Assembly: GCA_963755715.1 (NCBI GenBank)
Contig: CAVWLW010000059.1
Coordinates: 203,910-267,909, forward strand
DNA from: an uncultured delta proteobacterium
GTDB lineage: Bacteria > Desulfobacterota > Binatia > UBA9968
Direction of reading: 5' to 3'
Length of the DNA: 64,000 bases
Below are positions 30,130-40,662 of this stretch, piece by piece; positions within the stretch are counted from its first letter, which is position 1, and each line of letters starts with the position of its first letter. The translations under genes and the position numbers were made by a program. The notes beneath the pieces are model-generated. The model saw only the letters and a list, made by a program, of their open reading frames with translations. It searched no databases and was not told where the DNA came from.

Positions 30130-30600
30130 ATGTCTCTACACTGCAAGAGCACAGACGTTCCGGAATACAACCGAACTCAGACCGGCGAGGCCGGCACCGG
30201 TCAGATGGTTGTCCGCAAAGGCTATGGCAACGAATGCAGCCTGATGATCGCGACCAGAAGACCGGGCTATCATACCAAGCCGCATCAGCACGAGTCGGAA
30301 CAGATCAATTACGTTCTCGAAGGCGAGATTTGGTTTTTTGTCAAAGACAAAGGTTATCTCTGCAAGAAAGGCGACTTTCATCGTATCCCCGCCAACACGG
30401 TGCATTGGGCGTTTAACCGGTCCGACCAAGACGCCACCGTTGCCGAAGCGCATGCACCGGGACTGATCGGCGGGCGCGCGGGAGATAGCGCCGCCGCTCT
30501 ATTTGACGAAGGCGAGAAACCGGAGATACGCGGCCCCGGAACAAATCAGTTCGTGCCTTACGATCAAGAAAAGGCCGAGGCTGCATACTTCAGCAAGTGA
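30130..30600 (+). CDS. Cupin domain protein
   Basis: PHQHESEQINYVLEG and IPANTVH metal-binding motifs. Confidence 0.88.
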   Translation: MSLHCKSTDVPEYNRTQTGEAGTGQMVVRKGYGNECSLMIATRRPGYHTKPHQHESEQINYVLEGEIWFFVKDKGYLCKKGDFHRIPANTVHWAFNRSDQDATVAEAHAPGLIGGRAGDSAAALFDEGEKPEIRGPGTNQFVPYDQEKAEAAYFSK

Positions 30601-30604
30601 AAGC

Positions 30605-31585
30605 ATGGCGAAGTTTTCAGTCTCGCGATGGTCACTATATGTCCTATTCGTCGTATGGGTCCAATATTCTTCCGCCGCCGCACAGGAACTCCGCCGCATT
30701 CACTACGGCACGACGACATCGACCGCGCACCTGCCGATCTGGGTCGCTAAGGACGCCGGCCTGTTCGTCAAGAATGGTTTGAACGTAGAGCCGATCCAGA
30801 TTCGCGGCGGCGCGCTGATCACGATGGGCATCATGAGCGGGCAGCTGCAATTTTCCGGGGCGGGGGCGGAATCGGCCGTGGCCGCTCGGGTCGAGGGAGG
30901 CGATATTGTTTTGCTCGCCTGCCCGGTTGATTCGGATCCCGTATATTTAATTGCGCGGCCGGAAATTAAGTCGCCAGCCGAGCTCAAAGGCAAAGCGACG
31001 GCGGTGACGCGTCTGGGATCGACGACGCATTTTTATTTGCGCGCCGCGCTGCGCCAGGTCGGCCTGGATCCGGAAAAGGACGTGACGATTCTCCAGCTCG
31101 GCACCGGCACGGAAGCCGTTTCGGCGATGGAGAGCGGGCGCATTTCGATGGCGGCGCTGACGAATCGCTACGCGATTCCGCTGCTGCAACGCGGCTGGCC
31201 GATGTTTGTCGACTTGAGCACCACCGATTTGATCTATCCTTCGTCTTGCGTCGCCAGCAGCCGCGCTTTTGTCAAAGCCGAACCGAAAGTCGTCGACGAT
31301 TTTTTGCGCGCCTATGTCGCGGCCATCCAACTGATTAAGAAAGACCAAAATTTCGCCGAGAAAACGTTCGCCAAATGGCTGAGAGAAAAAGATCCCTACT
31401 TGATCAAGAAAACCGTCGAATCTTATGCCAAGTTATTTAAGCCAACCCCTTACGTGCCGGACAAGGGCATCGAAACCGTCATGAAAGATCTGGCCAATCG
31501 ACGGCCCGTGTCGAAAGAATTCATCGGCCGCCCGGAACTCTTTCGCGACAACAATCCATTGGAGAAAGCACTATCGAAATCATGA
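30605..31585 (+). CDS. ABC substrate-binding protein NitT/TauT family (tandem paralog 1)
   Basis: HLPIWVAKDAGLF and LKGKATAVTR motifs. Confidence 0.9.
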   Translation: MAKFSVSRWSLYVLFVVWVQYSSAAAQELRRIHYGTTTSTAHLPIWVAKDAGLFVKNGLNVEPIQIRGGALITMGIMSGQLQFSGAGAESAVAARVEGGDIVLLACPVDSDPVYLIARPEIKSPAELKGKATAVTRLGSTTHFYLRAALRQVGLDPEKDVTILQLGTGTEAVSAMESGRISMAALTNRYAIPLLQRGWPMFVDLSTTDLIYPSSCVASSRAFVKAEPKVVDDFLRAYVAAIQLIKKDQNFAEKTFAKWLREKDPYLIKKTVESYAKLFKPTPYVPDKGIETVMKDLANRRPVSKEFIGRPELFRDNNPLEKALSKS

Positions 31586-32550
31586 ACATCGCTCGAATAT
31601 TTTTTATGGTCGTCGCGCTGCTGCTCAGTCATAGGACAGCGCAAGCCCAGGAATTACGCCGCATCCTTTACGGTGTCTCGACTTCCATCTCACATCTCCC
31701 GGTGTGGGTCGGCAAGGACGCAGGCCTCTTCGCCAAGAACGGCTTGAACATCGAGCCGGTGCAGATCCGCGGCGGCGCGGTCAGCACTATGGCGATCATG
31801 AGCGGTCAGTCCGTGCTTTCCGGAGTCGGCGCGGGATCGGTGGTCGCCGCCCGCGTCGAAGGCGGTGACATCGTGTTGCTCGCGTGCCCTGCCGACCTGG
31901 AGCCGGTGTATCTCATCGCGCGCCCGGAAATTAAGTCTGCAGCGGAGCTCAAAGGCAAAGCGGCCGGAGTCACTCGGCTCAACTCGTCGATCCATTTTTA
32001 TCTCCGCTCGGCATTGAGAATGGTCGGCGTGGATTCGGATAAAGAGATGACGCTCCTTCAGTTAGGTGGCAGCGCCGAAATCACCACGGCCCTCGAGGGC
32101 GGAAGAATCGCTGCGGCCGCGTTGACCATAAAGGATGTCCTGCCGTTCATGCAGCGCAACTGGCCGGTGCTCGCCGATTTGACCAAATCGGATCTGGTCT
32201 ATCCTTCATCCTGCGTGACCAGCACCCGGGCATTCGTCAAAGCCGACCCCAAAACCGTCAACTCCTTCTTGAACGCCTATGTGAGCGCCATCCAGCTGAT
32301 CAAGAAAGATCAAAAACTGGCGGAGCGCACGTTGATCAAATGGTTAAAGGAAAAAGAATCGGCGAATTTGAGCAAGTCCGTGGAAGCTTTTGTCCGTCTC
32401 TTTAAGCCCGTGCCCTACGCGCCGGACAAGGGCATCGAGAACATCCTTAAAGATTTGGCGCTTCAGCGCCCGGTGCCGAAGGAATTTTTCGCCCACCCGG
32501 AGCTGTTTCGCGACAACGGTCCATTGGAGAGAGCACTGCCGAAGTCATGA
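31582..32550 (+). CDS. ABC substrate-binding protein NitT/TauT family (tandem paralog 2)
   Basis: Highly similar to both neighbours; ATGA overlap. Confidence 0.9.
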   Translation: MNIARIFFMVVALLLSHRTAQAQELRRILYGVSTSISHLPVWVGKDAGLFAKNGLNIEPVQIRGGAVSTMAIMSGQSVLSGVGAGSVVAARVEGGDIVLLACPADLEPVYLIARPEIKSAAELKGKAAGVTRLNSSIHFYLRSALRMVGVDSDKEMTLLQLGGSAEITTALEGGRIAAAALTIKDVLPFMQRNWPVLADLTKSDLVYPSSCVTSTRAFVKADPKTVNSFLNAYVSAIQLIKKDQKLAERTLIKWLKEKESANLSKSVEAFVRLFKPVPYAPDKGIENILKDLALQRPVPKEFFAHPELFRDNGPLERALPKS

Positions 32551-33522
32551 AATCGGCGCTCTTATTGTTCGTCATCATCGTCTTTTCACCGCTGGTCAAT
32601 CCAAATTTTGCTCGCACCGAAGAGTTGCGCCGCATTCTTTACGGCACCACCGCATCGCCTTCGCACTTGCCGATCTGGGTCGCCAAGGATGCCGGCTTCT
32701 TTGAGAAAGCCGGGCTTAACGTCGAGCCGGTGCAAGTTCGCGGCGGCTCTTTAATCACGCTGGCGATCATCACCGGTGATTTGCCGTTCTCCGGCGCCGG
32801 CGCCGAGTCCGTCGTCGCTGCCCGGGCGGCGGGCGGTGACGTGGTTTTGTTGGCATGCCCGGTCGACGCCGACCCGGTCTATTTGATCACGCGACCGGAA
32901 ATAAAATCGGCGCAAGATTTAAAAGGCCAGGCTAGCGCCGTTACGCGCTACGGCTCGACGACACACTTTTATTTGCGCGCCGCGCTCAAGCACGTCGGCT
33001 TGAACCCGGAAAGAGACATGACGATTCTCCAGCTTGGTGCAGGACCGGAGATGGTCGTGGCGCTCGACCGCGGCGCCATCGCTGCCGCCGCGCTCACCAC
33101 GCGCTATGCTATTCCATTCTTACAGCGCGGCTGGCCGGTGCTCGTCGATCTCAGCACCACCGATCTCGTCTACCCGTCGTCGTGCGTCACCAGCAGCCGG
33201 GCATTTCATCAAAGCCGAGCCCAAAACTACGCACGAATTCTTGCGCGCCTACGTGGCGGGAATTCATTTGATCAAAAAAGATCTTCGCTTCGCCGAAAAA
33301 TCATTCACCAAATGGATGCGCGAAAAAGACGCCGCGATCACCAAAAAAACCGTCGAGGCTTATGCGCGCTTGTTCAAGGCCGCGCCTTACGTGCCTGACA
33401 AAGGGATCGAGAATGTGATTCAGGATTTGATCAAAGCCCGCCCCGATTTCAAAGAATACCTCGGCTGGCCCGAGCCGTTCCGAGAAAATGGACCCTTGGA
33501 GAAGGTGTTGCGAGACAAATGA
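32547..33522 (+). CDS. ABC substrate-binding protein NitT/TauT family (tandem paralog 3; frameshift near 33205)
   Basis: The two ORFs together are collinear with paralogs 1 and 2. Confidence 0.88.
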
Positions 33523-33526
33523 AAAG

Positions 33527-33583
33527 GAATGGAGTACTGGAATGATGGAGTGATGGGACGGAAACCAACACTCCAGTACTCCA
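33527..33583. repeat. Inverted octamer tandem-repeat array (TGGAGTRN / NYACTCCA)
   Basis: TGGAGTACTGGAATGATGGAGTGATGG...CCAACACTCCAGTACTCCA. Confidence 0.75.
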
Positions 33584-33596
33584 AACCCCTTCCGGC

Positions 33597-33968
33597 CTAT
33601 TGCTTCCACTCCAAAAACTCCAGCCGGACCCCTTCGGGTCCTTCAAAAAAACAAACCCTCCGACCGTCGGGGAGCACGCGCTCTTCGAGAATCTTCAAAC
33701 CGGCGGATTTAATCTTCGTGACTTCACCATCGAAATTGTTGGTGTCGATGGCAACGTGCTCCAGCCCGTAAAACTGACTCAATTTCTGCTCCGTGAGAAA
33801 TTCTGTCACGTTAAGCTCCACGCCGTGCAAATCGAGTCGGAAGTTTTTGCTGCCATCGGGCCTGGTGTTCTCCTTGAGAACTTTCGCGCCGGTGTATTCG
33901 ACATAAAAATCGGCGGTCTTTTTTGGATCCGGCGTTTTCAAATGAAGATGATTAATTCTAAAAGCCAT
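33597..33968 (-). CDS. VOC/glyoxalase family protein
   Basis: INHLHL, GLEHVAI and EGPEGVRLEF motifs. Confidence 0.88.
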   Translation of the reverse strand: MAFRINHLHLKTPDPKKTADFYVEYTGAKVLKENTRPDGSKNFRLDLHGVELNVTEFLTEQKLSQFYGLEHVAIDTNNFDGEVTKIKSAGLKILEERVLPDGRRVCFFEGPEGVRLEFLEWKQ

Positions 33969-34057
33969 TGATCGGTCCTCCCATTGTTTGAAATAGTCTT
34001 GCCGCTTCTTTACTCTTGTGGCTGAGCAAATTGCAATCAACACAAATACAACGGTGG

Positions 34058-34633
34058 TTACTTTGACCTCCTAGCTTGGCTGCGCAAACGGTAAAGTTTC
34101 TCGGTGAAACCGCCTTCTTTAAGAAACTGCTGCTCCAGTTGGCGGAGCAGTTGGTCGAGGAGATAATTGGTCTGGTGAATGAGGCAGATTGTAGTGTTGG
34201 CCGCGACTTCGGGCGAAGACCCTTCAATATAAGACCTATAGGTCGTATAGGACCTATTTTCGGAGTAAGCGAGCCGCCTAACCTGTTGAGCCGTCGGGTG
34301 GTTCTTTTCCCAGAGGACCAAGCCTTTTTGTCTCAAAAAGTCTTGGTAGTCCAGCAGCAACTCTTCCAGACTCGCCCGCGCCACGCCCACTAACTTTAGC
34401 TCTGTCTTCTTCGAAGTCCCCGACGCCATGCTGCCTTCCGCGATGTTTTGCTTCCCGCTGCGGGCGGCTTGAACCATTTGGTCGTGAGTTCGCGATCGGA
34501 GGTCAATAAACTTGTTGCAGAACTTTACCGTAGCGTCATAGACGATCTCAGCGTTCTGATAGGATTTCAGCCCTCGATACCCGCCGTGCGGAGGGATAAG
34601 ATTAGAGCTCGATTTGTCATTTGAGATTACCAC
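34058..34633 (-). CDS. Four-helix-bundle protein (23S rRNA IVP/bAvd-like) with suffix domain
   Basis: DQMVQAARSGKQNIAEG, VARASLEELLLDY and FLKEGGFTEKLYR motifs. Confidence 0.88.
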   Translation of the reverse strand: MVISNDKSSSNLIPPHGGYRGLKSYQNAEIVYDATVKFCNKFIDLRSRTHDQMVQAARSGKQNIAEGSMASGTSKKTELKLVGVARASLEELLLDYQDFLRQKGLVLWEKNHPTAQQVRRLAYSENRSYTTYRSYIEGSSPEVAANTTICLIHQTNYLLDQLLRQLEQQFLKEGGFTEKLYRLRSQARRSK

Positions 34634-35420
34634 CTAAGGCCTTCCAAACTCCTTCAAAACTACCCGCGCAATATTTTGACCGCGTACTTTGACTAGCTGT
34701 TTTCCCGTCTCCGCCGTCGCTGCCTGAGGCGAGCCGAAATAGCCGCGGCCGTCGCTGATGCTTCCGTAATCTTTCGTTTCGTTGCGGAAGGCTTCAACAT
34801 CGTAGTCAAAATTCGGATCGAGCGTCTTGAGCGCTTCATGGTTCACCAAGATCCGGAAAGCTATGCAGCGCCACCGACGTTTCCGACTCGCCGCCATGAC
34901 CTTCACGGTCGGGCTGCGGACTTTTGTAGAATTGTCTCACCCCTTCGCGATAGCATGCCGCCGTCATTTGCGGATCGCTGGCAAAACCGACGCACAGGAC
35001 CTGCGCAGTATTCTCTTCGACAAGAATCTTCCGTGCATCTTCCAACGCTTTCATATGATGCAGGTCGCGATGGCCGTTGAGAATGACGAGGCGATTCAAG
35101 CCGTGGCGCGCGAGCGAGCGGCCAATTTCGACGACCATCGACCGCAGGGTATCCGGCTCCAACGATAGCGTGCCAGGAAAATCGATCGCCGTCCGCGCCA
35201 CGCCGTAGCTAATCGTCGGTGCCACGACGACCTCGTATCCCTGTGCTTCGAGATGGGGAGTCGCCGCCGCCGAGTAAACCTCGGCGGCAAAGGAATCAAG
35301 CCCCAGCGGGAGATGCGCGCCATGTTCCTCGACTACACCGACCGGCAGGATCGTTAACGCTTTGCCTGACCGCGCGAGCCGGGCAACATCCGTGAAAGCA
35401 ATCTTCGCAAGCTCAAACAT
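34634..35420 (-). CDS. Creatininase/creatinine amidohydrolase family protein (frameshift near 34845)
   Basis: LPVG..EEHGAHLPLGLD, NGH and HGGESETS motifs. Confidence 0.88.
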
Positions 35421-35446
35421 GCGCACCTCGTATAGCTGCTGGCGTG

Positions 35447-35504
35447 ATGAGTATTGGAGTGGGTGGAGTGATACGATCTCCAGACACCCAGTACTCCACA
35501 CTCC
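35447..35504. repeat. Inverted octamer tandem-repeat array
   Basis: GAGTATTGGAGTGGGTGGAGTG...CCAGTACTCCACACTCC, same unit as 33527-33583. Confidence 0.7.
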
Positions 35505-35516
35505 GACTTGCGTTTC

Positions 35517-36527
35517 CTACCGGAACATTTCTCTGAACTTCCGGCTCCAACTTTCCAATTCTTCGTTACTCGGTAGTCTCATCACGACGATCTGATCATC
35601 TTTGACGTCTTTCTTGAATTTATGATCGACCTCGGGATGAAAGACATACTCGCCCAAGTCGCCGAAGATGCGCTGCGATTCGGCGCCAAGAAAAAAATCG
35701 GTGAAGAGCTTGGCGGCGTTGGGATGGGGCGCTTGACGGTTGATCGCAACGAAGCTCACGGACGCGAGATACTTGTTCATCCGTACATAGTCGATCGGAC
35801 CCGGATACTGGAACTTATCCTTTATGTAGCTGATCGCCACAGGCGCTTCCCCGGTAGTCAACGGCTGGATCAAGTCCGACAGCCCTTTGCCTAGCCGCGG
35901 TTCTTGTTTTGCCCATCCTTCTACGACTTTGAGCCATTGCGGACCGAGAAGCTTTTCCAAGCTGAGCACGAATTGAAGCGTCGTCACATGGATGCCCGGA
36001 TTGGCCAAGGCGAATTTTTGCTTCCACTTCGGCAATAGTAATTCCTCGAACGTCTTCGGCGCCTCGTCGCCTTTGAGCAACTGGTTATTGTAATTGATGC
36101 CATAGGGCAGGACTCGCCACGGCGTCATGCGCAGATCCGGGTCGCGAAACTGCTTTGGGTAACTCTTTGCGGCGGGCGGATCGAAGACGCCAAGAAGTTT
36201 TCTCTCGTCGAGAGCGGTCATGACCACTTCATTTCCCAAGGTCACGTCGAAAGCCGGCTTCCCCGCCCGCGCTTCCGCGAGCGAACGGTTGATCAATTCC
36301 GTCGCATCGCCGCGCCAATGTTTGAGCTTGATGCCGTATTTTTTCTCGAGAGCGTCGCCGATCGCCTTCGATGAGTTAATGGTGATGGCGCCGTAAAACA
36401 TCACCTCGCCTTCCTTCTTCGCCGCTTCGATTATTTCCGGCGTGATTTGCGCCGACAAGAATCTCGGCGCCATCATCCAACCGATCGCCAGCATCATCAC
36501 TATCGATCTAAAAACTCTTTCGAACAT
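35517..36527 (-). CDS. ABC extracellular solute-binding protein (Fe3+/polyamine-type)
   Basis: AAKKEGEVMFY, PKTFEELLLPKWK and APHPNAAKLF motifs. Confidence 0.88.
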   Translation of the reverse strand: MFERVFRSIVMMLAIGWMMAPRFLSAQITPEIIEAAKKEGEVMFYGAITINSSKAIGDALEKKYGIKLKHWRGDATELINRSLAEARAGKPAFDVTLGNEVVMTALDERKLLGVFDPPAAKSYPKQFRDPDLRMTPWRVLPYGINYNNQLLKGDEAPKTFEELLLPKWKQKFALANPGIHVTTLQFVLSLEKLLGPQWLKVVEGWAKQEPRLGKGLSDLIQPLTTGEAPVAISYIKDKFQYPGPIDYVRMNKYLASVSFVAINRQAPHPNAAKLFTDFFLGAESQRIFGDLGEYVFHPEVDHKFKKDVKDDQIVVMRLPSNEELESWSRKFREMFR

Positions 36528-36672
36528 CTCTTCCCCCTTGAATCGTGCGCTTTTTCTATCGCCGATGAAAAGCGGCGTCAATGCGCCACGGCGATCGGCT
36601 TGACTCCACGTAAGAACTAGTTCAACTCATGAGTGACACTCATCTCACGCGCACGCAACGGAGCGAGCCGTC

Positions 36673-38214
36673 TTGACCCCACTTCCGGAAACACCATCGC
36701 CGACGACATCGAAGCGCAACCTCGCCGCCTTCGGCGTGATGCTCGTGATCTTCTTGTTCGCCGTCGATGCGACGATCGTCAGCACCGCCATGCCGACCAT
36801 CGTCGCCAATCTTGGCGGGCTGGAGCTCTACAGCTGGGTGTTTTCCATTTACATGCTCACGTCGGCGCTGACCACGCCGTTGTTCGGCAAACTTTCCGAT
36901 CTCTATAGCCAGCGCCGGCTCATGCTCATCGGTATCGCCATCTTCGTTTTCGGCTCGACCTTGTGCGGCCTGGCGCCAAGCATGGAAGCGCTGGTGCTCT
37001 TTCGCGCGATTCAAGGCCTCGGCGGCGGCGCTATCTATGCGCTGTCATTTATTGTCGTCGGCATTCTCTATTCGCCGGCGCAGCGCGCGAAAATGCAGAG
37101 CCTCATCAGCGGTGTCTGGGGCGTGGCCTCGATTCTCGGTCCGCTCGCCGGTGGCATCATCGTCGAATTCTGGAGCTGGCATTGGGCATTTTTCGTCAAC
37201 TTACCGATCACTGCGGTCGCAATTGCGCTAATCGTCGTCGGTCTCAAAGAAACCGGCCAAGAGCGCCACGGGCACAAACTCGACATGGCAGGCACAGTGA
37301 CTTTGATGTTGGCGCTGATGGTATTGTTTTACGCGCTTTCCCGCGCCAGCCATTCGCACCGGACCCTCGATCTCGAGCTAACCACTATGATCGTCGCCGG
37401 CTTCGGCTTGTTGGCGGTTTTCTATTTTATCGAGCGCCGCGCCGCCGAACCGATCGTGCCGCTCGATTTATTTCGCTTAAAACTCTTCAGAACCTCCGCT
37501 GTCGTGGCCGCACTGGCATCCATGGGAGTCTTCGGCGCCGTCAGTTATCTGCCACTCTATCTTCAGGGCGTCATCGGGTTGACGGCGTCGCGCGCCGGCA
37601 TGGTGCTTTTATTCGTCAGCGTAGCTTGGACCGCAGGCAGCCTGATCGCCGGGCAGGTGTTGAACCGCTTCGGCTATCGCGCGGTCGCCATTGCCGCAAT
37701 GTTTCTTTTGTCGATCGGCTACAGCCTGTTCGTGCTTTTCCATAACGATCTTAACATCCTCTTCGTGGCGCTTAGCGGCACTCTGATCGGCACCGGTATG
37801 GGCATGGCGAATTTGACGACGTTAGTTGCCGTGCAAAACTCCGTGCCGCGCCAACAGATCGGCGTAGCGACTTCGACGCTTATGCTGTTTCGAACTTTCG
37901 GCGGCGCTTTCGCCGTGAGCTTGATGGGCACCGTGATGCTGCATCAAATGCAGCGTGGTTTGAGCCAACTCTCCGCCGGCAATCTTTCCGCCGCACTGCT
38001 TGACAAGCTCGCCCATCCGCAAAATCTCCTCGAACCTGCAACCCGCGCGCAAATTCCCGCCGAACTCCTGCCGCGCATGATCGCCATTCTCGGCGACGCG
38101 ATCTGGTACGCGTTCTTGGTCGGATTCGCGCTGATGATGCTCGGTGCTCTCATGAGCTTCTTCATGTCGACCAGCACGCCGCGGGACACGGCAACGCCGC
38201 GTAGTGCTGAGTAA
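36673..38214 (+). CDS. MFS drug-resistance transporter (DHA2, 14 TM)
   Basis: DATIVSTAMPTI, GKLSDLY, RAIQGLGGG and FFVNLP motifs. Confidence 0.9.
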   Translation: MTPLPETPSPTTSKRNLAAFGVMLVIFLFAVDATIVSTAMPTIVANLGGLELYSWVFSIYMLTSALTTPLFGKLSDLYSQRRLMLIGIAIFVFGSTLCGLAPSMEALVLFRAIQGLGGGAIYALSFIVVGILYSPAQRAKMQSLISGVWGVASILGPLAGGIIVEFWSWHWAFFVNLPITAVAIALIVVGLKETGQERHGHKLDMAGTVTLMLALMVLFYALSRASHSHRTLDLELTTMIVAGFGLLAVFYFIERRAAEPIVPLDLFRLKLFRTSAVVAALASMGVFGAVSYLPLYLQGVIGLTASRAGMVLLFVSVAWTAGSLIAGQVLNRFGYRAVAIAAMFLLSIGYSLFVLFHNDLNILFVALSGTLIGTGMGMANLTTLVAVQNSVPRQQIGVATSTLMLFRTFGGAFAVSLMGTVMLHQMQRGLSQLSAGNLSAALLDKLAHPQNLLEPATRAQIPAELLPRMIAILGDAIWYAFLVGFALMMLGALMSFFMSTSTPRDTATPRSAE

Positions 38215-38288
38215 TGAGTGCTGAGTGCTGAGTATAGGAAGCCGAGCCCCGCGTTGCACTCAGGACTCAGGACTCGCTACTCAGGACT
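38203..38288. repeat. Inverted heptamer tandem-repeat array (TGAGTGC / ACTCAGG)
   Basis: AGTGCTGAGTAATGAGTGCTGAGTGCTGAGT...CACTCAGGACTCAGGACTCGCTACTCAGGACT. Confidence 0.75.
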
Positions 38289-38376
38289 CTAGTTGCCGTT
38301 GACAGATCGGACCGCCACCCTGTACACCAGACCCCAGGCGTCGTACGCCAAAACTTCAACGAGGAAGTAGATCAGT

Positions 38377-39648
38377 ATGAATGAGCAGACAACTGCCATC
38401 GCTTCGGCAGCCCCAACACCCGCCGACGCGCCGACTCTCGAAGCAACAATTCGGCAAAAACGACTGGCCCTGAGTCTGATCAGCACCTGTCATACGCTCA
38501 ATCATCTACAGTACAGCATTACCTCGGTTCTCTTTCCGGTAATGATGACGGAACTTGGTTTCGGCCTGCTTCAACTCGGCGCGCTCTCGGCGATCTCCAA
38601 TTTCGTCGGCCAAGGATTGCAGGTTGTCTACGGCCTATTCACGGGTTTCTTCAAGCGTTCGGTGATTCTTGGCACTGGCAATGTCATCGTTGGCATCTCG
38701 GCGATCTCGCAGTACTTCGTTGGCAGCTATCCACAATTGCTCGCGGCCCGCATCGCCATCGACGCGGGATCGAGCCCGCAGCATCCGCTCGGTGCGAGCA
38801 TTTTGTCGCGCTTCTATCCGAAGGCCCGCGGTTGGGCGCTCACCTTTCATCACTCGGCGGGCAGCTTCGGCTCTTTTATCGGCCCCGGGCTGGCTTCCAT
38901 CGCGTTGCTTTACATGGGCTGGCGAACTGCTTTCATCGTTTTCGGCTTGGCGAGTCTCGTAATGGGACTCGCGCTTTTCGTCGTCCGCGAGCACGCGTCG
39001 CCGGCCGACGAAGCCAAAGAACGCAAGGGCGACTTCAAAGCCAACATCGACGCGTACCGCATCTGTCTCAAGAACCGCAACATTGTCTTCACCTCTCTTG
39101 TTTTGATGGTAGGCGCTGCCGGTCGCGGCACCGGTATCAATCTCACTTATCTCGTCCCCTTCTTCATGGAGCGTTTCGATGTTTCTGCATCGGTCGGCGG
39201 ATTATTTCTAACGCTGTTGCAAGGCGCCGGCTTGCTCGGTCCGCTCGCCATCGCTTGGGTATCCGATCGTTTGGGAAAGCGCGCGGTCGTCACCCAGATC
39301 ACGCTCCTGCTGTCGGCGCTCATGACCGTCTGGCTCGCTTATCAGACTTCCCTCGGCCTGCTTTTTTATTTAAATTTGATCCTCTACGGCAGCGTCGTCG
39401 AAGCGCGCAGTTCGCTGACGCAAACAATGATCAGCGACTTCGCCCGCGACGATCTCACCGACGCGGCTTTCTCAATTTATTACTTCGTCGGTTGCATTTC
39501 CGGACCGATCTGGACTTTGATCGTCGGCTACGTCATGCAAACTCACGGTTTCACACCGGCGTTTTTGGTCGCGGCTGCCACTTACTTGGCCGGCATGCTG
39601 CTGCTCACCTTCGTGAAGGAAGATTCCAAAGCGGCAACGCGCGCCTAA
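38377..39648 (+). CDS. MFS transporter (Fsr-like)
   Basis: About 12 hydrophobic segments; QHP.G and SDRLGKR motifs. Confidence 0.85.
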   Translation: MNEQTTAIASAAPTPADAPTLEATIRQKRLALSLISTCHTLNHLQYSITSVLFPVMMTELGFGLLQLGALSAISNFVGQGLQVVYGLFTGFFKRSVILGTGNVIVGISAISQYFVGSYPQLLAARIAIDAGSSPQHPLGASILSRFYPKARGWALTFHHSAGSFGSFIGPGLASIALLYMGWRTAFIVFGLASLVMGLALFVVREHASPADEAKERKGDFKANIDAYRICLKNRNIVFTSLVLMVGAAGRGTGINLTYLVPFFMERFDVSASVGGLFLTLLQGAGLLGPLAIAWVSDRLGKRAVVTQITLLLSALMTVWLAYQTSLGLLFYLNLILYGSVVEARSSLTQTMISDFARDDLTDAAFSIYYFVGCISGPIWTLIVGYVMQTHGFTPAFLVAAATYLAGMLLLTFVKEDSKAATRA

Positions 39649-39688
39649 ATTTCCAATCTCCGGGCGCGAGGCTGCGCTTCATGTCTCC

Positions 39689-40556
39689 ATGTTACCGCAA
39701 ACTATCGCCCTGCTCGCCGCCATTGCCTACGCGTTTGGCTTCATCCTTTCCAAGCGCGGTCTGCGCTATTCGACACCGATCACGATCACGTTCATCTCGC
39801 TGCTCATGCAAACGGTGGTGCTGTTCGCGATCGTCTTCGCCTTCACCGGGATTCCGAGGACGCCGACCTTCGTGTTTGTCCTCTTCGTCATCGCAGGGAT
39901 CTTGCAAGCCGTCGTGCGCCAGTTAACTTACATCGGCATCGAAAAAATCGGCGCGGCGCGCAGCCGGCCCAATCCGTGCCTCAGTGCCGCTTTGGAGCGC
40001 CGCTATCGCCATCTTTTTTCTTGGCGAAAAGATGACGCTCGCAGTCGCCGCCGGCACGTTGCTCGTCTTTGCGGGAATTCTTTTCATCTCCTGGCATGCC
40101 GACGAAGGCGTGCAAGACTTTCGGCGCTGGTACGTCGTCGCGCCGCTGCTCGCGGCGATTCTAGGCGGCGTCATTTATCCCTTGCGCCGTTACGCTTTGC
40201 GCTTTTCCGACGAACCGGTTTATTTCGGCGCCGTCGTCGGCATCGTCGGCTTGATCTGCACCGCCATCTTCATCGCCCTGCCGACAACCAAAGACCGACT
40301 CGTCTGGAACCGCCAATCGATCGGCTACTTCGCCGGCGGCGGCGCGTTCGAATCCCTGGGCCTCTTGCTCGTGCTCTATGCGCTCACCTATGGCCCGGTA
40401 GTCGTGGTTACGCCGCTTACTGCGACGCTCCCTCTCTGGGTCGTGCTCGGCAGCAAGCTGTTCTTGCGCGACCTGGAAAAAATCACTCCACGCATCGTCG
40501 CTGGTGCTGCTCTCGTCGTCGCTGGCACGATTGCGATTTCCCTCTCTAAGTCATAA
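39689..40556 (+). CDS. EamA/DMT family transporter (frameshift near 39965)
   Basis: Two EamA halves; FLGEK and PLWVVLGSKLFL motifs. Confidence 0.82.
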
Positions 40557-40662
40557 CCATACCGCGTTGACATACCATTTGTACGTGTATTCAGAATATG
40601 CGTAACTGTAAGCGCCCGTACAGCCGAGGCCCTACGCGCTCGGCAATACTGAATTAACTTTT

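Noticed and set aside
33527-38288. Short tandem repeats as a CRISPR array
   Set aside because: Units are 7-8 bp with no unique spacers, and there are no cas genes
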